Source: the human T2T-CHM13v2.0 reference genome, Homo sapiens
Length of the DNA stretch: 64,000 nucleotides
Direction: 5' to 3' (one strand)
Assembly (NCBI RefSeq): GCF_009914755.1
Contig: NC_060933.1
The notes under the pieces are model-generated. The model had not been told where the DNA came from and did no database searches. It saw nothing but the letters and a program-made list of their open reading frames with translations. Below are positions 27,736-42,700 of the stretch, in pieces; positions within the stretch are counted from its first letter, which is position 1; each line of letters opens with the position of its first letter. The position numbers and the translations under genes were made by a program.

Positions 27736-30700
27736 TTCCATTCCATTCCATTCCATTCCATTCCATTCCATTGCAATCGAGTTGAATCTATTGCATTTCA
27801 TTCCATTCCATTCCATTCCATTCCATTCTGGAAGATTCCATTCCATTGCATTCCATTCCATTCCATCTCCCTGCACTCGCGTTGATTCCATTCCATTCCA
27901 TTCCATTCCATTCCGTTCCGTTCCGTTCCGTTCCGTTCCATTCCATTCCATTCCATTCCATTCCGTTCCGTTGCATTCCATTCCATTCCATTCTATTCGG
28001 GTTAATTCCATTCCATTCCATTCGATTGCAATCGTGTTGATTCCATTCCATTCCATTCCATTCCATTCCATTCCATTGCATTCCATTCCATTCCATTCCC
28101 CTGTACTCGGGTTGATTCCATTCCATTGCATTCCAATCCATGCCCTTCCACTCGTGTTGATTCCATTCTTTGCATTCCCTTCAAGTTGAATCCATTCCAT
28201 TGCATTCCATTCCATTCGATTCCATTCGACTGCACACGGGTTGATTCCATTCCATTGCATTCCATTCCATTCCATTCCATTCCATTCCATTCCGTTCCTT
28301 TCCATTCCATTACATTCGGATTGATTCTATTCAATTCCCTTACACTCCATTACATTCCATTCCATTCGGGTAGTTTCCATTCCATTCCATTCCATTCCTC
28401 TCCATTCCATTGCACTCGGGTTGATTCCATTCCATTGCATTCCATTCCATTCCATTCCATTCAATTCCATTCCGTTCCATTCCATTCCATTCCATTACAT
28501 TCGGATTGATTCTATTCAACTCCCTTAGTCTCCATTACATTCCATTCCATTCGGGTTGTTCCATTCCATTCCATTCCATTCCACTCCATTCCATTGCACT
28601 CGGGTTTATTCCATTCCATTCCATTCCATTCCATTCCATTCCATTCCATTCCGGAAGATTCCATTCCATTGCATTCCATTCCATTCCATTCCCCTGCACT
28701 CGCGTTGATTCCATTCCATTCCATTCCATTCCATTCCATTCCATTCCATTCCATTCCATTCCTTTCCGTTTCTTTCCATTCCATTCCATTCCGTTCCGTT
28801 CCGTTCCGTTCCGTTCCATTCCATTCCATTCCATTCTATTCGGGTTAATTCCATTCCATTCCATTCGATTGCAATCGAGTTGATTCCATTGCATTCCATT
28901 CCATTCCATTCCATTCCATTCCATTCCATTCCATTCCTTTCCATTCCATTACGGATGATTCCATTCCATTGCATTCCATTCCATTCCATTCCCCTGTACT
29001 CGGGTTGATTCCATTCCATCCCATTCCAATCCATGCCATTCCACTCGTGTTGATTCCATTCTTTCCATTCCATTCAAGTTGAATCCATTCCATTGCATTC
29101 CATTCCATTCCATTCCCCTGCATTCAGGTTGATTCCATTCCATTCAATTCCATTCCATTACATTCCATTCCATTCCGTTCAGTTCCATTCCATTCCATTC
29201 CTTTCTATTCGGGTTAATTCCATTCCATTCCATTCCATTCCATTCCAATCAATTTGATTCCATTCCATTCCATTCCATTCCATTCCATTCCATTCCATTC
29301 CACTCCATTCCAGTCCTTTCCATTCCATTCCACTCGGGTTGATTCCAATGTACTCCTTTCCATTCCTTTCCATTCCATTGCAATCGAGTTGATTCCATTG
29401 CTTTGCATTCCATTCCATTCCATTCCGGATGATTCCATTCCATTGCATTGCATTCCATTCCATTCCCCTGCACTCGGGTTGATTCCATTCCATTCCACTC
29501 CATTCCGTTCCATTCCATTCCATTCCATTGTATTCGGGTTAATTCCATTCCATTCCATTCCATTCCATTCCATTCCATTCCATTCCATTACAATCGAGTT
29601 GATTCCATTCCATTCCATTCCATTCCAATCCTTTCCATTCCATTCCACTCGGGTTGATTCCATTCTATTAGTTTCCATTCCATTCCATTCCCTTCCATTC
29701 CACCCTGGTTGCTTCCATTCCTTTCCATTCCACTCGAATACATTCCCTCCTATTCCACTCGGAACGATTCCATTCCATTCCATTCCATTCCATTCCATTT
29801 CGTTCCATTCAATTCCATTCCGTATCATTCCATTCCATTCCATTCCATTCCATTCCATTCCATTCCATTCCATTCCATTCCATTGTACTCGGGTTGATTC
29901 CATTCCATTGCATTCCATTCCATTCCATTCCATTCCATTCCGTTGCATTCCATTCCATTACATTCGGATTGATTCTATTCACCTCCCTTACTCTCCATTA
30001 CATTCCATTCCATTCGGGTTGTTCCATTCCATTCCATTCCATTCCACTCCATTCCATTGCACTCGGGTTGATTCCTTTCCATTCCATTCCATTCCATTCC
30101 ATTCCATTCCATTCCATTCCATTCCATTCCGGATGATTCCATTCCATTGCATTCCCTTCCATTACATTGCCCTGCACTCCCGTTGATTCCATTCCATTCC
30201 ATTCCATTCCATTCAATTCCATTCCATTACAATTCGTTCCATTCCATTCTATTCTGTACCATTCCATTCCATTCCATACAATTCCATTCCATTCCATTCC
30301 ATTCCATTCCGTTCCATTCCATTCCATTCCATTCCATTCCATTCTATGCGGGTTAATTCCATTCCATTCCATTCCATTCCATTCCATTCTATTCCATTCC
30401 ATTGCAATCGAGTTGAATCCATTGCATTTCATTCCATTCCATTCCATTCCATTCCGGAAGATTCCATTCCATTGCATTCCATTCCATTCCATTCCCCTGC
30501 ACTCGCGTTGATTCCATTCCATTCCATTCCATTCCATTCCATTCCATTCCATTCCATTCCGTTCCGTTCCATTCCATTCCATTCCATTCCATTCCATTCC
30601 GTTCCGTTCCATTCCATTCCATTCCATTCTATTCGGGTTAATTCCATTCCATTCCATTCGATTGCAATCGAGTTGATTCCATTCCATTCCATTCCATTCC

Positions 30701-33700
30701 ATTCCGTTCCATTCCATTCCTTTCCATTCCATTACGGATGATTCCATTCCATTGCATTCCATTCCATTCCATTCCCCTGTACTCGGGTTGATTCCATTCC
30801 ATTCCATTCCAATCCATGCCATTCCACTCGTGTTGATTCCATTCTTTCCATTCCCTTCAAGTTGAATCCATTCCATTGCATTCCATTCCATTCGATTCCA
30901 TTCGATTGCACTCGGGTTGATTCCATTCCATTGTATTCCATTCCATTCCATTCCATTCCATTCCATTCCATTCCGTTCCATTCCATTTCATTACATTCAG
31001 ATTGATTCTATTCAATTCCCTTACACTCCATTATATTCCAATCCATTCTGGTTGTTTCCATTCCATTCCATTCCATTTCACTCCATTCCATTGCACTCGG
31101 GTTGATTCCATTCCATTCCATTCCATTGCATTCCATTCCATTCCATTCCGGATGATTCCATTCCATTGCATTCCTTTCCATTCCATTCCCCTGCACTCGG
31201 GTTGATTCCATTCCATTCCATTCCATTAGATTCCGTTCCATTCCATTCCATTCCATTCGGATTGATTCTATTCAATTCCCTTACACTCCATTACATTCCA
31301 TTCCATTCGGGTAGTTTCCATTCCATTCCATTCCATTCCTCTCCATTCCATTGCACTCGGGTTGATTCCATTCCATTCCATTCCTTTCCATTCCATTCCA
31401 TTACATTACATTCCGTTCCATTGTACTCGGGTTGATTCCATTCCATTGCATTCCATTCCATTCCATTCCATTCCATTCCATTCCATTCCATTCTATTCGG
31501 TTTAAATCCATTCCATTCCATTCCATTCCATTCCATTCTATTCCATTCCATTGCAATCGAGTTGAATCCATTGCTTTGCATTCCATTCCATTCCATTCCA
31601 TTCCGGAAGATTCCATTCCATTGCATTCCATTCCATTCCATTCCATTCCATTCCATTCCATTCCATTCCATTCCATTGTACTCGGGTTGATTCCATTCCA
31701 TTGCATTCCATTCCATTCCATTCCATTCCATTCCGTTCCATTCCGTTGCATTCCATTCCATTACATTCGGATTGATTCTATTCAACTCCCTTAATCTCCA
31801 TTCCATTCCATTCCATTTGGGTTGTTCCATTCCATTCCATTCCATTCCACTCCATTCCATTGCACTCGGGTTGATTCCATTCCATTCCGTTCCATTCCAT
31901 TCCATTCCGGATGATTCCATTCCATTGCATTCCTTTCCATTACATTCCCCTGCATTCGCGTTGATTCCATTCCATTCCATTCAATTCCATTCAATTCCAT
32001 TCCATTACAATTCGTTCCATTCCATTCGACTCCGTACCATTCCATTCCATTCCATACCATTCCATTCCATTCCATTCCATTCCATTCCATTCCGTTCCAT
32101 TCCGTTCCATTCCGTTCCATTCCATTCTATTCGGGTTAATTCCATTCCATTCCATTCCATTCTATTCCATTCCATTGCAATCGAGTTGAATCAATTGCAT
32201 TTCATTCCATTCCATTCCATTCCATTCCATTCCGAAAGATTCCATTCCATTGCATTCCATTCCATTCCATTCCCCTGCACTCGCGTTGATTCCATTCCAT
32301 TCCATTCCATTCCATTCCATCCATTCCGTTCCGTTCCGTTCCATTCCATTCCATTCCATTCCATTCCATTCCGTTCCTTTCCATTCCATTCCATTCCATT
32401 CTATTCGGGTTAATTCCATTCCATTCCATTCGATTGCAATCGAGATGATTCCATTCCATTCCATTCTATTCCATTCCATTCCATTCCTTTCCATTCCATT
32501 ACGGATGATTCCATTCCATTGCATTCCATTCCATTCCATTCCCCTGTACTCGGGTTGATTCAATTCCATTCCATTCCAATCCATGCCATTCCACTCGTGT
32601 TGATTCCATTCTTTCCATTCCATTCAAGTTTAATCCATTCCATTGCATGCCATTCCATTCGATTCCATTCGATTGCACTCGGATTGATTCCATTCCGTTG
32701 CATTCCATTCCATTCCATTCCATTCCATTCCGTTCCATTCCATTCCATTCCATTCGGATTGATTCTATTCAATTCCCTTACACTCCATTACATTCCATTC
32801 CATTCGGGTAGTTTCCATTCCATTCCATTCCATTCCTCTCCATTCCATTGCACTCGGGTTGATACCATTCCATTGCATTCCATTCCATTCCATTAAATTC
32901 CATTCCGTTCCATTCCATTCCATTACATTCGGATTGATTCTATTCAACTCCCTTACTCTCCATTACATTCCATTCCATTCGGGTTGTTCCATTCCATTCC
33001 ATTCCATTCCACTCCATTCCATTGCACTCGGGTTTATTCCATTCCATTCCATTCCATTCCATTCCATTCCATTCCGGAAGATTCCATTCCATTGCATTCC
33101 ATTCCATTCCATTCCATTCCCCTGCACTCGCGTTGATTCCATTCCATTCCATTCCATTCCATTCCATTCCATTCCATTCCTTTCCGTTCCATTCCATTCC
33201 ATTCCATTCCATTCCAATCCATTCCATTCCGTTCCGTTCCGTTCCATTCCATTCCATTCCATTCTATTCGGGTTAATTCCATTCCATTCCATTCGATTGC
33301 AATCGAGTTGATTCCATTCCATTCTATTCCATTCCATTCCATTCCTTTCCATTCCATTACGGATGATTCCATTCCATTGCATTCCATTCCAATCCATTCC
33401 CCTGTACTCGGGTTGATTCCATTCCATTCCATTCCAATCCATGCCATTCCACTCGTGTTGATTCCATTCTTTCCATTCCATTCAAGTTGAATCCATTCCA
33501 TTGCATTCCATTGCATTCCATTACCCTGCAGTCGGGTTGATTCCATTCCATTCCATTCCATTCCATTCCTTTCCATTCCATTCCGTTCCGTTCCATTCCG
33601 TTCCATTCCTTTCTATTCGGGTTAATTCCATTCCATTCCATTCCATTCCATTCCATTCCACTCCATTCCAGTCCTTTCCATTCCATTCCACTCGGGTTGA

Positions 33701-36700
33701 TTCCAATGTATTCCTTTCCATTCCATTCCATTCCATTGCAATCGAGTTGATTCCATTGCTTTGCATTCCATTCCATTCCATTCCATTCCGGATGATTCCA
33801 TTCCATTGCATTCCATTCCATTCCATTCCCCTGCACTCGAGTTGATTCCATTCCATTCCACTGCATTCCGTTCCATTCCATTCCATTCCATTGTATTCGG
33901 GTTAAATCCATTCCATTCCATTCCATTCCATTCCATTCCATTACAATCGAGTTGATTCCATTCCATTCCATTCCATTCCAGTCCTTTCCATTCCATTCCA
34001 CTCTGGTTGATTACATTCTATTAGTTTCCATTCCATTCCATTCCCATCCTTTCCACTCTGGTTGATACCATTCCTTTCCATTCCACTCGAATACATTCCC
34101 TCCTATTCCACTCGGAACGATTCCATTCCATTCCATTCCATTCCATTCCATTCCATTCCATTCCATTCCATTCCATTGTACTCGGGTTGATTCAATTCCA
34201 TTGCATTCCATTCCATTCCTTTCCATTCCATTCCATTCCATTCCGTTGCATTCCATTCCATTACATTCGGATTGATTCTATTCAACTCCCTTACTCTCCA
34301 TTACATTCCACTCCATTCGGGTTGTTCCATTCCATTCCATTCCATTCCACTCCATTCCATTGCACTCGGGTTTATTCCATTCCATTCCATTCCATTCCAT
34401 TCCATTCCATTCCATTCCGGATGATTCCATTCCATTGCATTCCGTTCCATTACATTCCCCTGCACTCGCGTTGATTCCATTCCATTCCATTCCATTCCAT
34501 TCAATTCCATTCCATTACAATTCGTTTCATTCCATTCTATTCCGTACCATTCCATTCCATTCCATACCATTCCATTCCATTCCGTTCCATTCCGTTCCAT
34601 TCCATTCCATTCCATTCTATTCGGATTAATTCCATTCCATTCCATTCCATTCCATTCTATTCCATTCCATTGCAATCGAGTTGAATCCATTGCATTTCAT
34701 TCCATTCCATTCCATTCCATTCCATTCCGGAAGATTCCATTCCATTCCATTCCATTCCATTCCATTCCGTTCCGTTCCATTCCATTCCATTCCATTCCAT
34801 TCCATTCCGTTCCATTCCATTCCATTCCATTCCATTCCATTCCATTCCGTTCCGTTCCGTTCCGTTCCATTCCATTCCATTCCATTCTATTCGGGTTAAT
34901 TCCATTCCATTCCATTCGATTGCAATCGAGTTGATTCCATTCCATTCGATTCCATTCCATTCCATTCCTTTCTATTCCATTACGGATGATTCCATTCCAT
35001 TGCATTCCATTCCATTCCATTCCCCTGTACTCGGGTTGATTCCATTCCATTCCATTCCAATCCATGCCATTCCACTCGTGTTGATTCCATTATTTCCATT
35101 CCATTCAAGTTGAATCCATTCCATTGCATTCCATTCCATTCGATTCCATTCGATTGCACTCGGGTTGATTCCATTCCATTGCATTCCATTCCATTCCATT
35201 CCATTCCATTCCATTCCATTCCATTATATTCGGAATGATTCTATTCAATTCCCTTACACTCCATTACATTCCATTCCATTCGGGTAGTTTCCATTCCATT
35301 CCATTCCATTCCTCTCCATTCCATTGCACTCGGGTTGATTCCATTCCATTGCATTCCACTCCATTCGGGTAGTTTCCACTCCATTCCATTCCAGTCCTTT
35401 CCATTCCATTCCACTCGGGTTGATTCCATTCTATTATTTTCCATTCCATTCCATTCCCTTCCATTCCACTCTGGTTGATTCCATTCCTTTCCATTCCACT
35501 CGAATACATTCCCTCCTATTCCACTCGGAACGATTCCATTCCATTCCATTCCATTCCATTCCATTCCATTCCATTTCGTTCCATTCCATTCTATTCCGTA
35601 TCATTCCATTCCATTCCATTCCATTCCATTCCATTCCATTGTACTCGGGTTGATTCAATTCCATTGCATTCAATTCCATTCCATTCCATTCCATTCCGTT
35701 GCATTCCATTCCATTACATTCAGATTGATTCTATTCAACTCCCTTACTCTCCATTACATTCCATTCCATTCGGGTTGTTCCATTCCATTCCATTCCATTC
35801 CACTCCATTCCATTGCACCCGGGTTGATTCCATTCCATTCCATTCCATTCCATTCCATTCTGGATGATTCCATTCCATTGCATTCCGTTCCATTACATTC
35901 CCCTGCAGTCGCGTTGATTCCATTCCATTCCATTCAATTCCATTCCATTACAATTCGTTCCGTTCCATTCTATTCCGTACCATTCCATTCCATTCCATAC
36001 CATTCCATTCCATTCCATTCCATTCCATTCCGTTCCATTCCGTTCCATTCCATTCCATTCCATTCTATTCGAATTAATTCCATTCCATTCCATTCCATTC
36101 CATTCCATTCCGTTCCATTCCGTTCCATTCCATTCCATTCCATTCTATTCGGATTAATTCCATTCCATTCCATTCCATTCCATTCCATTCTATTCCATTC
36201 CATTGTAATCGAGTTGAATCCATTGCATTTCATTCCATTCCATTCCATTCCATTCCATTCCATTCCGGAAGATCCCATTCCATTGCATTCCATTCCATTC
36301 CATTCCCCTGCACTCGCGTTGATTCCATTCCATTCCATTCCATTCCATTCCATTCCGTTCCGTTCCGTTCCATTCCATTCCATTCCATTCCATTCCATTC
36401 CGTTCCATTCCATTCCATTCCATTCTATTCGGGTTAATTCCATTCCATTCCATTCGATTGCAATCGAGTTGATTCCATTCCATTCCATTCCATTCCATTC
36501 CATTCCATTCCATTCCTTTCCATTCCATTACGGATGATTCCATTCCATTGCATTCCATTCCATTCCATTCCCCTGTACTCGGGTTGATTCCATTCCATTC
36601 CATTCCAATCCATGCCATTCCACTCGTGTTGATTCCATTCTTTCCATTCCATTCAAGTTGAATCCATTCCATTGCATTCCATTCCATTCGATTCCATTCG

Positions 36701-39700
36701 ATTGCACTCGGGTTGATTGCATTGCATTCCATTCCATTCCATTCCATTCCATTCCATTCCATTCCATTCCATTCCGTTCCATTCCATTTCATTACATTCA
36801 GATTTATTCTATTCAATTCCCTTACACTCCATTATATTCCAATCCATTCTGGTTGTTTCCATTCCATTCCATTCCATTTCACTCCATTCCATTGCACTCG
36901 GGTTGATTCCATTCCATTCCATTCCATTGCATTCCATTCCATTCCATTCCGGATGATTCCATTCCATTGCATTCCATTCCATTCCATTCCCCTGCACTCG
37001 GGTTGATTCCATTCCATTACATTCCATTACATTCCGTTCCATTCCATTCCATTCCATTCGGATTGATTCTATTCAATTCCCTTACACTCCATTACATTCC
37101 ATTCCATTCGGGTAGTTTCCATTCCATTCCATTCCATTCCTCTCCATTCCATTGCACTCGGGTTGATTCCATTCCATTGCATTCCATTCCATTCCATTCC
37201 ATTCCATTCCATTCCATTGCAATCGAGTTGAATCTATTGCATTTCATTCCATTCCATTCCATTCCATTCCATTCTGGAAGATTCCATTCCATTGCATTCC
37301 ATTCCATTCCATCTCCCTGCACTCGCGTTGATTCCATTCCATTCCATTCCATTCCATTCCGTTCCGTTCCGTTCCGTTCCGTTCCATTCCATTCCATTCC
37401 ATTCCATTCCGTTCCGTTGCATTCCATTCCATTCCATTCTATTCGGGTTAATTCCATTCCATTCCATTCGATTGCAATCGTGTTGATTCCATTCCATTCC
37501 ATTCCATTCCATTCCATTCCATTGCATTCCATTCCATTCCATTCCCCTGTACTCGGGTTGATTCCATTCCATTGCATTCCAATCCATGCCCTTCCACTCG
37601 TGTTGATTCCATTCTTTGCATTCCCTTCAAGTTGAATCCATTCCATTGCATTCCATTCCATTCGATTCCATTCGACTGCACACGGGTTGATTCCATTCCA
37701 TTGCATTCCATTCCATTCCATTCCATTCCATTCCATTCCGTTCCTTTCCATTCCATTACATTCGGATTGATTCTATTCAATTCCCTTACACTCCATTACA
37801 TTCCATTCCATTCGGGTAGTTTCCATTCCATTCCATTCCATTCCTCTCCATTCCATTGCACTCGGGTTGATTCCATTCCATTGCATTCCATTCCATTCCA
37901 TTCCATTCAATTCCATTCCGTTCCATTCCATTCCATTCCATTACATTCGGATTGATTCTATTCAACTCCCTTAGTCTCCATTACATTCCATTCCATTCGG
38001 GTTGTTCCATTCCATTCCATTCCATTCCACTCCATTCCATTGCACTCGGGTTTATTCCATTCCATTCCATTCCATTCCATTCCATTCCATTCCATTCCGG
38101 AAGATTCCATTCCATTGCATTCCATTCCATTCCATTCCCCTGCACTCGCGTTGATTCCATTCCATTCCATTCCATTCCATTCCATTCCATTCCATTCCAT
38201 TCCATTCCTTTCCGTTTCTTTCCATTCCATTCCATTCCGTTCCGTTCCGTTCCGTTCCGTTCCATTCCATTCCATTCCATTCTATTCGGGTTAATTCCAT
38301 TCCATTCCATTCGATTGCAATCGAGTTGATTCCATTGCATTCCATTCCATTCCATTCCATTCCATTCCATTCCATTCCATTCCTTTCCATTCCATTACGG
38401 ATGATTCCATTCCATTGCATTCCATTCCATTCCATTCCCCTGTACTCGGGTTGATTCCATTCCATCCCATTCCAATCCATGCCATTCCACTCGTGTTGAT
38501 TCCATTCTTTCCATTCCATTCAAGTTGAATCCATTCCATTGCATTCCATTCCATTCCATTCCCCTGCATTCAGGTTGATTCCATTCCATTCAATTCCATT
38601 CCATTACATTCCATTCCATTCCGTTCAGTTCCATTCCATTCCATTCCTTTCTATTCGGGTTAATTCCATTCCATTCCATTCCATTCCATTCCAATCAATT
38701 TGATTCCATTCCATTCCATTCCATTCCATTCCATTCCATTCCATTCCACTCCATTCCAGTCCTTTCCATTCCATTCCACTCGGGTTGATTCCAATGTACT
38801 CCTTTCCATTCCTTTCCATTCCATTGCAATCGAGTTGATTCCATTGCTTTGCATTCCATTCCATTCCATTCCGGATGATTCCATTCCATTGCATTGCATT
38901 CCATTCCATTCCCCTGCACTCGGGTTGATTCCATTCCATTCCACTCCATTCCGTTCCATTCCATTCCATTCCATTGTATTCGGGTTAATTCCATTCCATT
39001 CCATTCCATTCCATTCCATTCCATTCCATTCCATTACAATCGAGTTGATTCCATTCCATTCCATTCCATTCCAATCCTTTCCATTCCATTCCACTCGGGT
39101 TGATTCCATTCTATTAGTTTCCATTCCATTCCATTCCCTTCCATTCCACCCTGGTTGCTTCCATTCCTTTCCATTCCACTCGAATACATTCCCTCCTATT
39201 CCACTCGGAACGATTCCATTCCATTCCATTCCATTCCATTCCATTTCGTTCCATTCAATTCCATTCCGTATCATTCCATTCCATTCCATTCCATTCCATT
39301 CCATTCCATTCCATTCCATTCCATTCCATTGTACTCGGGTTGATTCCATTCCATTGCATTCCATTCCATTCCATTCCATTCCATTCCGTTGCATTCCATT
39401 CCATTACATTCGGATTGATTCTATTCACCTCCCTTACTCTCCATTACATTCCATTCCATTCGGGTTGTTCCATTCCATTCCATTCCATTCCACTCCATTC
39501 CATTGCACTCGGGTTGATTCCTTTCCATTCCATTCCATTCCATTCCATTCCATTCCATTCCATTCCATTCCATTCCGGATGATTCCATTCCATTGCATTC
39601 CCTTCCATTACATTGCCCTGCACTCCCGTTGATTCCATTCCATTCCATTCCATTCCATTCAATTCCATTCCATTACAATTCGTTCCATTCCATTCTATTC

Positions 39701-42700
39701 TGTACCATTCCATTCCATTCCATACAATTCCATTCCATTCCATTCCATTCCATTCCGTTCCATTCCATTCCATTCCATTCCATTCCATTCTATGCGGGTT
39801 AATTCCATTCCATTCCATTCCATTCCATTCCATTCTATTCCATTCCATTGCAATCGAGTTGAATCCATTGCATTTCATTCCATTCCATTCCATTCCATTC
39901 CGGAAGATTCCATTCCATTGCATTCCATTCCATTCCATTCCCCTGCACTCGCGTTGATTCCATTCCATTCCATTCCATTCCATTCCATTCCATTCCATTC
40001 CATTCCGTTCCGTTCCATTCCATTCCATTCCATTCCATTCCATTCCGTTCCGTTCCATTCCATTCCATTCCATTCTATTCGGGTTAATTCCATTCCATTC
40101 CATTCGATTGCAATCGAGTTGATTCCATTCCATTCCATTCCATTCCATTCCGTTCCATTCCATTCCTTTCCATTCCATTACGGATGATTCCATTCCATTG
40201 CATTCCATTCCATTCCATTCCCCTGTACTCGGGTTGATTCCATTCCATTCCATTCCAATCCATGCCATTCCACTCGTGTTGATTCCATTCTTTCCATTCC
40301 CTTCAAGTTGAATCCATTCCATTGCATTCCATTCCATTCGATTCCATTCGATTGCACTCGGGTTGATTCCATTCCATTGTATTCCATTCCATTCCATTCC
40401 ATTCCATTCCATTCCATTCCGTTCCATTCCATTTCATTACATTCAGATTGATTCTATTCAATTCCCTTACACTCCATTATATTCCAATCCATTCTGGTTG
40501 TTTCCATTCCATTCCATTCCATTTCACTCCATTCCATTGCACTCGGGTTGATTCCATTCCATTCCATTCCATTGCATTCCATTCCATTCCATTCCGGATG
40601 ATTCCATTCCATTGCATTCCTTTCCATTCCATTCCCCTGCACTCGGGTTGATTCCATTCCATTCCATTCCATTAGATTCCGTTCCATTCCATTCCATTCC
40701 ATTCGGATTGATTCTATTCAATTCCCTTACACTCCATTACATTCCATTCCATTCGGGTAGTTTCCATTCCATTCCATTCCATTCCTCTCCATTCCATTGC
40801 ACTCGGGTTGATTCCATTCCATTCCATTCCTTTCCATTCCATTCCATTACATTACATTCCGTTCCATTGTACTCGGGTTGATTCCATTCCATTGCATTCC
40901 ATTCCATTCCATTCCATTCCATTCCATTCCATTCCATTCTATTCGGTTTAAATCCATTCCATTCCATTCCATTCCATTCCATTCTATTCCATTCCATTGC
41001 AATCGAGTTGAATCCATTGCTTTGCATTCCATTCCATTCCATTCCATTCCGGAAGATTCCATTCCATTGCATTCCATTCCATTCCATTCCATTCCATTCC
41101 ATTCCATTCCATTCCATTCCATTGTACTCGGGTTGATTCCATTCCATTGCATTCCATTCCATTCCATTCCATTCCATTCCGTTCCATTCCGTTGCATTCC
41201 ATTCCATTACATTCGGATTGATTCTATTCAACTCCCTTAATCTCCATTCCATTCCATTCCATTTGGGTTGTTCCATTCCATTCCATTCCATTCCACTCCA
41301 TTCCATTGCACTCGGGTTGATTCCATTCCATTCCGTTCCATTCCATTCCATTCCGGATGATTCCATTCCATTGCATTCCTTTCCATTACATTCCCCTGCA
41401 TTCGCGTTGATTCCATTCCATTCCATTCAATTCCATTCAATTCCATTCCATTACAATTCGTTCCATTCCATTCGACTCCGTACCATTCCATTCCATTCCA
41501 TACCATTCCATTCCATTCCATTCCATTCCATTCCATTCCGTTCCATTCCGTTCCATTCCGTTCCATTCCATTCTATTCGGGTTAATTCCATTCCATTCCA
41601 TTCCATTCTATTCCATTCCATTGCAATCGAGTTGAATCAATTGCATTTCATTCCATTCCATTCCATTCCATTCCATTCCGAAAGATTCCATTCCATTGCA
41701 TTCCATTCCATTCCATTCCCCTGCACTCGCGTTGATTCCATTCCATTCCATTCCATTCCATTCCATCCATTCCGTTCCGTTCCGTTCCATTCCATTCCAT
41801 TCCATTCCATTCCATTCCGTTCCTTTCCATTCCATTCCATTCCATTCTATTCGGGTTAATTCCATTCCATTCCATTCGATTGCAATCGAGATGATTCCAT
41901 TCCATTCCATTCTATTCCATTCCATTCCATTCCTTTCCATTCCATTACGGATGATTCCATTCCATTGCATTCCATTCCATTCCATTCCCCTGTACTCGGG
42001 TTGATTCAATTCCATTCCATTCCAATCCATGCCATTCCACTCGTGTTGATTCCATTCTTTCCATTCCATTCAAGTTTAATCCATTCCATTGCATGCCATT
42101 CCATTCGATTCCATTCGATTGCACTCGGATTGATTCCATTCCGTTGCATTCCATTCCATTCCATTCCATTCCATTCCGTTCCATTCCATTCCATTCCATT
42201 CGGATTGATTCTATTCAATTCCCTTACACTCCATTACATTCCATTCCATTCGGGTAGTTTCCATTCCATTCCATTCCATTCCTCTCCATTCCATTGCACT
42301 CGGGTTGATACCATTCCATTGCATTCCATTCCATTCCATTAAATTCCATTCCGTTCCATTCCATTCCATTACATTCGGATTGATTCTATTCAACTCCCTT
42401 ACTCTCCATTACATTCCATTCCATTCGGGTTGTTCCATTCCATTCCATTCCATTCCACTCCATTCCATTGCACTCGGGTTTATTCCATTCCATTCCATTC
42501 CATTCCATTCCATTCCATTCCGGAAGATTCCATTCCATTGCATTCCATTCCATTCCATTCCATTCCCCTGCACTCGCGTTGATTCCATTCCATTCCATTC
42601 CATTCCATTCCATTCCATTCCATTCCTTTCCGTTCCATTCCATTCCATTCCATTCCATTCCAATCCATTCCATTCCGTTCCGTTCCGTTCCATTCCATTC

